Shown in pieces: positions 1 to 6,936 of a stretch of DNA of 18,708 nt. The DNA lies in contig JANOTL010000209.1 of the NCBI GenBank assembly GCA_031416315.1, positions 1 to 18,708 on the forward strand, given 5' to 3'. The position numbers were made by a program, and so were the translations under genes. Every line of letters begins with the position of its first letter. The stretch's first letter is position 1. Source of the DNA: Pseudomonadota bacterium (GTDB lineage Bacteria > Bdellovibrionota_B > Oligoflexia > Oligoflexales > CAIYRB01). The notes under the pieces are model-generated. The model searched no databases and was not told where the DNA came from. It saw only the letters and a program-made list of their open reading frames with translations.

Positions 1-740
1 CCGACCTTGCCATCGACGAAGAGCGTGTCGGCGCAGGTGTAGTCGCAGTCCGGCGGGACGATCTTGTCTTTGAACTTGAAGTCTTTGACGAGGGCGAGGG
101 CGTCGACCATCCCTTTACCGTCGAGCGTCGGCTTGCCCGCGACCAAAGGCGACTGACCGTAGGCTCCGAGGAAGGCGACGAACCAGAAAGGCTCGTTCAG
201 GTTGTAGGCGAAGCCGAACTGCCCTTTGGCCGCGTCGCTCTTCATGGCGGCGGTCTTCACCAGCTCTTCGATCGTGGTCGGCGTCGTCGGAACGATCGCT
301 TTGTTGACGAAGAGCATGAGGTGGTTGCCGCGAGAGATCGGCAGGCCCCAGGACTTGCCGCCAGCGTCGGTGACGGCTTTGACGACGGGCGCGCCGAAGC
401 GGTCGAGCTTACCCCAATCGTTGACGGGCTGGATGATGTTCATCAGCGAGAACGGTCCGGCAAAGTCGTTCGGAGCGAGGACGAGGTCGCCGCCGCCGCC
501 GCCCATCGCCGCCGTCTGAAACTGGGTGCGGAGGTCTTCCGTCTTGTAGTGCGCGCGCTTGATCTTGATGCCCGGGTTCGCCTTCTCGAAGTCGGCGATG
601 ACACGATCGAGGGCTTTCTGGACCTCCTCGTACTCGTGCTCCCAGAAGGTGAGCTCGACCGGAGCGCCGAAGGCTTGGGATCCCGAGACCGCAGCGAGGA
701 GCGCGAGCGACGCGGCGATGGGGGCAAAGAGGCTTCTCAT
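1..740 (-). CDS. Sugar ABC transporter extracellular solute-binding protein, maltose/maltodextrin-like (SBP family 1); 3' end truncated by the window
   Basis: Manual translation from ATG at 740, with GAGGA upstream: MRSLFAPIAASLALLAAVSGSQAFGAPVELTFWEHEYEEVQKALDRVIADFEKANPGIKIK...GDLVLAPND...WGLPISRGNHLMLFVNK...PTTIEEL...GFAYNLNEPFWFVAFLGAYG. Signal peptide plus MalE/CycB-type motifs; open to base 1. Confidence 0.88.
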   Translation of the reverse strand, partial: MRSLFAPIAASLALLAAVSGSQAFGAPVELTFWEHEYEEVQKALDRVIADFEKANPGIKIKRAHYKTEDLRTQFQTAAMGGGGGDLVLAPNDFAGPFSLMNIIQPVNDWGKLDRFGAPVVKAVTDAGGKSWGLPISRGNHLMLFVNKAIVPTTPTTIEELVKTAAMKSDAAKGQFGFAYNLNEPFWFVAFLGAYGQSPLVAGKPTLDGKGMVDALALVKDFKFKDKIVPPDCDYTCADTLFVDGKV

Positions 741-803
741 CTTCAATCTTCCTCGAATATTTGAAAGGCCGAATTGGGGGCAAATATAAAGAATGGAAGG
801 CCT

Positions 804-833
804 CTGCTAGCCTTCGATCGTGCTTCAAGTCAA
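804..833 (-). promoter_or_regulatory. Possible sigma-70 promoter for the solute-binding gene
   Basis: Minus strand TTGACT (833-828), 18 nt, TAGCAG (809-804). The -35 is good and the -10 is weak. A GAAGGC/GCCTTC inverted repeat (796-815) flanks the -10. Confidence 0.3.
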
Positions 834-937
834 CGCGCCCCCCTGACGTAGCACCCAACCCCCTGCCCATCAAGACCCTTTTCCGGTACCCTGGAGGGAG
901 CCACGCGTCCATCCCCCGCCTCGCTCCGGAGCTTTCG

Positions 938-2272
938 TTGCGTTCCTCCAGCACCGTCGACGTCATCGTCTTCACGGACCGCGAAGAGGTCAAAAAGCCG
1001 GCCGGCGAGCACCTGCGCATGAAGGGCGTGTCGAACATCCTTTGCCCGCAGGACGCCGACGAAGCGATCGACGCCTTAAATCGGCATCCGAAGAGCCTCT
1101 TGATCATCGACTGGGAGCTCGGGCCGAAGTGCGTCGCGCGCGTCTTGGGTTATAACCGGCAGAAGTTCGTGCACGAGAATCGGCCGATTCTCCTGATCGC
1201 CTCGATGGTCGACGACGCCATCGTCACGACGGCCGCCGAGTACCACGTCACGCAGATCTACACCGAAGCGCTGACGGTGAAGAACCTCGGCGCGCGGCTC
1301 ACCAACCTCATCATCGGCGAGTCGTCGCCGAGCGACGTGAAGAAGGTTCTGGCGCAGGTCGCCGAGGCGCGCGCCGGCGGTAACCACAAAGAGGCGTTCA
1401 ACGCCTTGTCCAAAGCCCTGCAGAAACACCCGACGCACCTGCGCCTGAAGTGCGAGGCTGCCGAGACCTTGATGACGCTCGGCGAGTGGGACAAGGCACA
1501 TCAGCTTCTCGCCGGGCTGGATTCGACGAAGCCGCCTTATCTGCGCGCGGTCCACCTGCTCGGCCGCTGCCTCATGAAGATGGGCCAGTTCGAGACCGCG
1601 GTCGAGATGCTAGAGAAAGCGAGCCTCTTCAACCAGCACGACGTCGAGCGCCTCGTCGACATCGGCAACGCGCTCTTGCACGCCGACCGCGGCGACGACG
1701 CGGAAAAGAAGTTCGAAGCCGCCCTCGGGGTCGACCCCAACTATCGTCCCGCGAAGGTCGGCAAAGGCCAGGCGAAGCTCCTCGATGGCCAGGTGAACGA
1801 CGCGCTCTCGATCCTGCGAGAGGTCTCGGGCGAGGTCGAAATGGCCTCGATGTTCAACGTCGCCGCGATCCTGAACGCGCGCCGCGGCCGCCACGAGGCC
1901 GGCATGAACCTGTATACGGCCGCTCTCAAATCCCTGGGGAAGGACGAGCGTCTCCAGTCGCGCCTCCACTTCAACATGGGGCTCGGCTACCGCCGCTGGG
2001 GCAAGCCCGAGAAGGCCGTCACGGCCTTCGAGACGGCGGTCAAGCTCGACCCGAGCTTCGAGAAGGCCAAAACCTCGCTCGCCGCGACCAAGAGCGGCAG
2101 CAAAGCGCCGGCGAAAAAGCCGCCGCCCAGCGTGGCGGCTGCGGCCAAAAAAGCGAAGGCGACGGACATACCCGTCGCCGGCGCCGGTCTCGTCGACTTC
2201 GAGTCCTTGGACTCCCCTTTGGACGAGGACCTCTTAGAAGAAAGTCTCTACGACACGACGAAGATCATCTGA
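938..2272 (+). CDS. Degenerate response-regulator receiver domain + tetratricopeptide-repeat protein
   Basis: Within ORF 761..2272; start revised to the in-frame TTG at 938, which has GGAG 6 nt upstream. The N-terminus has a receiver-like pattern (VIVFTD, LLIIDWEL, PILLIAS). It is followed by multiple TPR-like helical pairs (LLGRCLMKMGQFETAVEMLEKA; FNMGLGYRRWGKPEKAVTAFETAVKLDP), a K/A/P-rich linker and an acidic tail. Confidence 0.8.
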   Translation: MRSSSTVDVIVFTDREEVKKPAGEHLRMKGVSNILCPQDADEAIDALNRHPKSLLIIDWELGPKCVARVLGYNRQKFVHENRPILLIASMVDDAIVTTAAEYHVTQIYTEALTVKNLGARLTNLIIGESSPSDVKKVLAQVAEARAGGNHKEAFNALSKALQKHPTHLRLKCEAAETLMTLGEWDKAHQLLAGLDSTKPPYLRAVHLLGRCLMKMGQFETAVEMLEKASLFNQHDVERLVDIGNALLHADRGDDAEKKFEAALGVDPNYRPAKVGKGQAKLLDGQVNDALSILREVSGEVEMASMFNVAAILNARRGRHEAGMNLYTAALKSLGKDERLQSRLHFNMGLGYRRWGKPEKAVTAFETAVKLDPSFEKAKTSLAATKSGSKAPAKKPPPSVAAAAKKAKATDIPVAGAGLVDFESLDSPLDEDLLEESLYDTTKII

Positions 2273-2281
2273 CCTCCCTGG

Positions 2282-3664
2282 TCAGCGGGCGTCCTTCCAG
2301 GACACTTTGATCTTCGCCGCCTCGACGGGCGCCGGAGTGATCGTCACCGCACCGTTGACCGCGTCATAGGTGACGCCGGTGGCCGCGAGGCCGTCGACGG
2401 TGACGCGCAGCGTCCGCTCGTCGAGCGTCTTCGAGCCGATCACGAACACGGACTTCAGCTTGGTGCTTTCTTTGTACTCGAACTTGATCTCGGCGCGCTC
2501 GGTCGGCGGGTCGAGGAAGCTCACCTTCTTCGTCGTCGCGTCCCATTTGTACGCGGTCGGCTCGAGGTCCTCGCCGTTCACCTTCGCCCTGACCGAGCCG
2601 TCGACGGGGAGCTTGTCGAGGCTGAAGTCTTTCGCGAGATCGCCTGAGGCGCCGAACTTGTAAGCGACCTCGACCTTCGTTCCGAACGGCGGCGGCTCGG
2701 TGAAGCGCACGTGCTTGCCGGTAACCTCGAACTTGTCCCAAGGCTGGCCGTTGGCGGTGATCTTGAGCGTGCCCTCGTCGGGATCCTGCGTCAGGTCGAA
2801 CTCATATTTCACGATCTGCGAGATGTCCTTGGAGATCGCTTCGAGTGTCTGGGTATAGTCGGCATCGCAAATGGAGCCCCATTTGCCGCTCGTCGACTCG
2901 ATGACGTCGGCGATGGTGTTCGCCTGCTTCAAAGCCGTGGAGCACGCCGTCTTCTCAACGGTCGGATGCCAAAGGAGGCCGTACACGCGCGCGTCTTTGC
3001 CGACGGTACGGATCGAGCTCAAGTAGTCCGTCAAGTACTTGCCTTGCAGGTCCGCCAGGCCCTGACAGCCGTAACCTTGGGACTCGTCGAGGTGGCAGTT
3101 GTCCTCGTCCGTCACCATGAGCACGGAGACCGTCGAGCCCGGACGCACCCAGGGCGTGGCGCCGGCGCATTCGCCTTTCAGGCCGCTCACGGACTGGAAG
3201 ATTGAGCGCTCGAGGCCGCTGCCTTTGATGCCGGCGGCGATCGCCGTCTGGAACCTGGCGACGGCGCCGACGTCCTTCTTCTTGATGACCGAGCGCTGGC
3301 AGCCTTCGAGCGGGTCGGTGGTGATGACCGCGATCTGCCAGTCGGCCTTGTCGATGTGCTTCAGGAGCGGCTCGAGCTTGGTGGACAGGTTGCCCTGCTC
3401 CTCCGTCATGGAGCCCGAGGTGTCGATGACGACGAGGAGGTCGAGGGCGCCCCATTCGCCTTGCTCGAAGTTCTGGGTCTGCGGCGCGCCCGTGTGGCCT
3501 TGCTTCCGCGTCGTCTGGGCGACCGGGTAAGAGTCCTGGACGAACTCCCTGGTGACGGTCGGGTTGAGCTTCTCGGAGGAGCCCTTGAAGTCGCTGTTGT
3601 TGCAGGCCGCGGTGAGCGTGCCGACGAAGGCGAGGCTCGCGAAGGCGAGGGAAGTGCGCATCAT
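2282..3664 (-). CDS. vWA/MIDAS-domain lipoprotein with three C-terminal beta-rich repeats (putative adhesin)
   Basis: Lipobox-like LTAAC (Cys21). MIDAS LDLLVVIDTSGSM (aa 74-86), IAVITTD, GSGLE, VLMVTDED and GSICDADY. Three ~55-aa repeats at aa ~287-457. SD GAGGAG upstream. Confidence 0.85.
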   Translation of the reverse strand: MMRTSLAFASLAFVGTLTAACNNSDFKGSSEKLNPTVTREFVQDSYPVAQTTRKQGHTGAPQTQNFEQGEWGALDLLVVIDTSGSMTEEQGNLSTKLEPLLKHIDKADWQIAVITTDPLEGCQRSVIKKKDVGAVARFQTAIAAGIKGSGLERSIFQSVSGLKGECAGATPWVRPGSTVSVLMVTDEDNCHLDESQGYGCQGLADLQGKYLTDYLSSIRTVGKDARVYGLLWHPTVEKTACSTALKQANTIADVIESTSGKWGSICDADYTQTLEAISKDISQIVKYEFDLTQDPDEGTLKITANGQPWDKFEVTGKHVRFTEPPPFGTKVEVAYKFGASGDLAKDFSLDKLPVDGSVRAKVNGEDLEPTAYKWDATTKKVSFLDPPTERAEIKFEYKESTKLKSVFVIGSKTLDERTLRVTVDGLAATGVTYDAVNGAVTITPAPVEAAKIKVSWKDAR

Positions 3665-3742
3665 GAATCAACTCCTCTAGGGGCGGGGCCACTGGAATCA
3701 GCTTCAGCTCGGCCTTCGGTCACTGGTATCGGGTCGAGGTTC

Positions 3743-3769
3743 TTATCGGCATTTCGGCAAAAAACTTTA
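3743..3769 (-). promoter_or_regulatory. Sigma-28 (FliA) promoter upstream of the vWA lipoprotein gene
   Basis: Minus strand reads TAAAGTTT-tttgccgaaat(11 nt)-GCCGATAA, an exact match to the enterobacterial sigma-28 consensus TAAAGTTT-N11-GCCGATAA. It is correctly oriented, about 80 nt upstream of the ATG at 3664. Confidence 0.85.
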
Positions 3770-3802
3770 GTTTCTATGCAGTTATTTGATTTCTTTCATG
3801 AA

Positions 3803-3831
3803 TTGCCAAGTCATCCCCAGCCCTGCACAAT
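3803..3831 (+). promoter_or_regulatory. Putative sigma-70 promoter for addBA
   Basis: TTGCCA (3803-3808), 17 nt, CACAAT (3826-3831), preceded by an AT-rich tract and about 40 nt upstream of the addB start. Confidence 0.5.
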
Positions 3832-3870
3832 GGCGGCGAGCTCCCTTTCCCGTTCCGACGAGGTCCCCCG

Positions 3871-6800
3871 TTGAGCTTGCGCCTTTGGCCAGCCGAATGC
3901 TGTCTCGTCTCCGAGCTCGCGCTCAAGCTCGCGGCACTCGATCCGGACGTGCTCGCTGCGTCGCGCGTCGTCTTACCGACGAAACGACTCCGTACGTGGC
4001 TCTTGGCGCTCCTTGCCCAACACAGAAAGGCCTTCGTACCCCCCAAGCTGACGAGCCTGGACGAGCTCGTCGGGGTCTTCGCCGAGGCGCTGACCCCCGG
4101 CGCTGCCGGTGCGACGGCCGCGGCGTCGACGTTGACCTTGGAGCTTCTGCTTGCGAGCCTCTTGCGCCAGCGCGAGTACGTGCACCTCAAGGCCGGACAT
4201 GCGCACGAGATCCAACAGCTCTTCGCCGAGCTCGACGAATGGGGCTTGGCCGAGGAGGCCTACCAGAGGCTCGAGGAGGTCGTCGCCCGCGACGTCGTGC
4301 GCAGCGAGCCCGGCCTCGACACGCTGTCGGCGCGCTTTCGTGAGCTCGAAGATCTGGCCAAGGTCCTGCGGACGACGCTCGGCGCCGCAGGGCTCGAGAC
4401 GCGGGAAGCCCGCACGCGGCGGCTGATCCGCGGCGTGACCGAGGCCTTGGCGGTCGGCGTTGATCCAGAGATGCCTGGGCCGATCTTCATCGTCGGCTTT
4501 TCCTCCCTGGGTGGGCATCACCGCGAGATGCTCCAAGCTCTCGGCGTCCTGCCTTCGGTCGAGGTCTGGCTTTCGGAGCCCCCGACCCTATCAGGAGCAC
4601 GCAACCCGCTCGCCGAGCTCGTCGCGCTCTTTCCGGAGGACCTGCGCATCGCGGCGAAGGCCGAGCCGACGATCCACGCCGTCGCGCGGCCGACCGTCGC
4701 CTTGCTCGAGGCCGAGACGGTTCTGGAGGAGGTCGAAGCCGCGGTCGGTCTCGTCCTCGCCGCGGTGGCCGAGGGCTTGCCGCCCTCGCATGCGGCGATT
4801 CTCGTGACCGACGATGCCGCATACGGGACGCCTCTACGGCAGGCGCTCGCCAAGGCTGCGTTCGCGACCAACGCTGCGATCGCTCTGCCGCTCGCTTCGA
4901 CCGATCTCGGCGGCTGGCTCACGGCGCTGCAAGCTCTGCTCACGACCCCCGAGTCGCCCGAGGCGATCCTCGATTTCCTCGCTCACCCGCTGTCGGCCGC
5001 GCGCTGGACGGCGCGCCACGCATCGGTCGACCAGCGGGCCGAAATCGCCTCGACTCTCGCGCGGCTGGAAGAGCCGCGGCCCCTCCCGGACCTCGTGTTC
5101 GAGGCTCCAGAGATCGCGGCTTACGTTGTGAGGCTCGGTGAGAGCTTGGCACCGTTCTTCGACCGCACGCCGCGACGTCTGGAGGAGTGGGCCGGCGAGC
5201 TTTCGACCTTGATCCTGCCCGTCACGGCAGCGCGGCCCGCCACCGCACTGCGTGAGCGGGCACTCCAGCGCTCGGCACGGGAGCAGCTCGAGGCGCTTTT
5301 GCAGGAGCTGAAACGCGCGGCTCGACTCGCCGTCACCCCGATCTCTCCCCGTGAGCTAGCGCGACTCGCCTTGCCGCGAGCGCTAGACCTCGACGTCCGC
5401 GACGTCGGCGACCAGCTGGCGGGCGTTCAGGTGCTTTCGGTGGCCGAAGCTCGCTACGTGCCGTTTCGCCTTCTCGTCATCCTAGGGGCGGTCGAGGGAT
5501 CGTTTCCTCGCGCTTTGCCGAAAGACCATTTGGTCGACGGCTGGTTGAAGACGCGCATCGGACTTCCCGGGTGGCAGCTCCTCGAGGCAATCGAAGACAC
5601 GACGTTCCACCTCCTCGTCGAGCGCGTGCCGAGCCTTACCCTGAGCTATCCGCAACGTCGCGGAGCCGATCCGGTCGTCCGCTCGCGCTTCGTCGAGGAC
5701 ATGATCGCGCGCGGGATCGCCAAGCCGCAGCGGATTGCGGTCGGGGCCCCTACCCTCGCCGTGTCGGTCGACGAGATGACCCGCGCGCTCACCGAGCGGT
5801 GGGATGCGCCGGGAGTCTTTCCGAAGGCGACGACCCTTGCCGTGCGGCCGATGAGCGCGACCGCGATCGAAGCTCTAATCCGTTGCCCCTACCGTCATCT
5901 GTTGGAGCGTCTAGGCGTCCGTGAGCTCGGGCTGCCGCGAGCGGGCGACGACCGTCGCGAGGGCGATCAGCTCCATGAGGTGCTCGAAGCCTTCTTCACC
6001 GGTCGCGCCCGCGGACGGACGGTCGCCGAGCCGCTGACGGAGTCGCCCGACTGGACGCGACACTACGACTACTGCTTGGAGCGCCTAGGAGCGATCTCGG
6101 CCAAGCTCATGCCCGCGAGCTTCATGAGCTCTGAAGGTGGCCTGCAGCTTTCCATGAAGGCGTGGCCGGCGTTCGCGCAGCACCTCCTCCGCCTCTACGA
6201 TCCAGACAGCTGGCGACGAGCGGCCCAGGGACTCCGCGAGCACACGTTTCACGTCGAAGGGGCGAGCGTCGCGCCCGAAGGCGCGTCGTGGACCCTCGGG
6301 GGCTCGATCGACGCAGTCGACCGGGTGGGGGCCTTCCACCTCGTCACCGACTACAAGCGCGGCGGCGCCCCGGATCCTCGCGACGTGAAAGACGGCATTG
6401 CAGCCCAGCTCCCGGTCTATGCTGCTGCCCTCGCCGCGCGCGGTCGCGAGGACGACGAGCAGCAGTGGCCACTGGAGGCTGCCGTGCTCGGCTACTGGCG
6501 GATCCTTGAAGGCGAGTGGATCGGCGTCGCCGCCGGCAGCGACGCGAAGGACACCGCGGTCGCTTTGGGCCTCGTCGGGGCGCGCTCCCCTTTGGCCGAA
6601 GAGCTCGTCGACAAGGTCCGCGACCTGATCACCTGGCGGGAATCGCAACGCGAGGCCGAGGGCGGGCGCTACGTCCCCGACCCGAGCCGCTGCGGCTTCT
6701 GTCGCCTTGCAGGGATCTGCCGCCGCGACGACCCGCAGGCGACGAGTCCCGGCGGGGGCGGACCGCGAAACGAGATGGCCCTTGCCGAGCGCCTGGCCGG

Positions 6801-6936
6801 CCTCGAGCCGCCGCGACGCTCGAGCGCGTCGAAGACGCCGCCGTCCACAGAGCGAGGGCGCCAGGCAGAGACGACCTCGGTCCCACCAGTGATCCCGGAT
6901 GCCCTAGGCTCGAGCACTCCCGAGGTCCCGTCATGA
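3871..6936 (+). CDS. addB: AddB-like subunit: inactive helicase fold + PD-(D/E)XK nuclease with 4Fe-4S cluster
   Basis: N-terminal VVLPTKR. MSATAIEALIRCPY (first Fe-S Cys, 5884), G..LHEVLE, nuclease GSIDAVD...VTDYKRG...QLPVY, and C-terminal CGFCRLAGICR (6691-6720). Lies directly upstream of and coupled to a UvrD helicase-nuclease. TTG start with GAGG SD. Confidence 0.88.
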   Translation: MSLRLWPAECCLVSELALKLAALDPDVLAASRVVLPTKRLRTWLLALLAQHRKAFVPPKLTSLDELVGVFAEALTPGAAGATAAASTLTLELLLASLLRQREYVHLKAGHAHEIQQLFAELDEWGLAEEAYQRLEEVVARDVVRSEPGLDTLSARFRELEDLAKVLRTTLGAAGLETREARTRRLIRGVTEALAVGVDPEMPGPIFIVGFSSLGGHHREMLQALGVLPSVEVWLSEPPTLSGARNPLAELVALFPEDLRIAAKAEPTIHAVARPTVALLEAETVLEEVEAAVGLVLAAVAEGLPPSHAAILVTDDAAYGTPLRQALAKAAFATNAAIALPLASTDLGGWLTALQALLTTPESPEAILDFLAHPLSAARWTARHASVDQRAEIASTLARLEEPRPLPDLVFEAPEIAAYVVRLGESLAPFFDRTPRRLEEWAGELSTLILPVTAARPATALRERALQRSAREQLEALLQELKRAARLAVTPISPRELARLALPRALDLDVRDVGDQLAGVQVLSVAEARYVPFRLLVILGAVEGSFPRALPKDHLVDGWLKTRIGLPGWQLLEAIEDTTFHLLVERVPSLTLSYPQRRGADPVVRSRFVEDMIARGIAKPQRIAVGAPTLAVSVDEMTRALTERWDAPGVFPKATTLAVRPMSATAIEALIRCPYRHLLERLGVRELGLPRAGDDRREGDQLHEVLEAFFTGRARGRTVAEPLTESPDWTRHYDYCLERLGAISAKLMPASFMSSEGGLQLSMKAWPAFAQHLLRLYDPDSWRRAAQGLREHTFHVEGASVAPEGASWTLGGSIDAVDRVGAFHLVTDYKRGGAPDPRDVKDGIAAQLPVYAAALAARGREDDEQQWPLEAAVLGYWRILEGEWIGVAAGSDAKDTAVALGLVGARSPLAEELVDKVRDLITWRESQREAEGGRYVPDPSRCGFCRLAGICRRDDPQATSPGGGGPRNEMALAERLAGLEPPRRSSASKTPPSTERGRQAETTSVPPVIPDALGSSTPEVPS

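Noticed and set aside
487..503. GCC/GGC trinucleotide run encoding MGGGGG in the solute-binding gene
   Set aside because: Short, in-frame and at a Gly-rich loop position; not credible as a phase-variation tract.
761..937. N-terminal 59 aa of the ORF-track call 761..2272
   Set aside because: It overlaps the likely divergent promoter region and lacks protein-like composition. The receiver-like domain and an SD-supported TTG begin at 938.
3726..3733. Second CCGATA element downstream of the sigma-28 promoter
   Set aside because: No matching TAAA/TCAA -35 at the required spacing.
6516..6932. 139-aa Arg-rich N-terminal extension of the addA ORF overlapping addB
   Set aside because: Off-frame read of addB. 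The real start is the SD-supported ATG at 6933, overlapping the addB stop.
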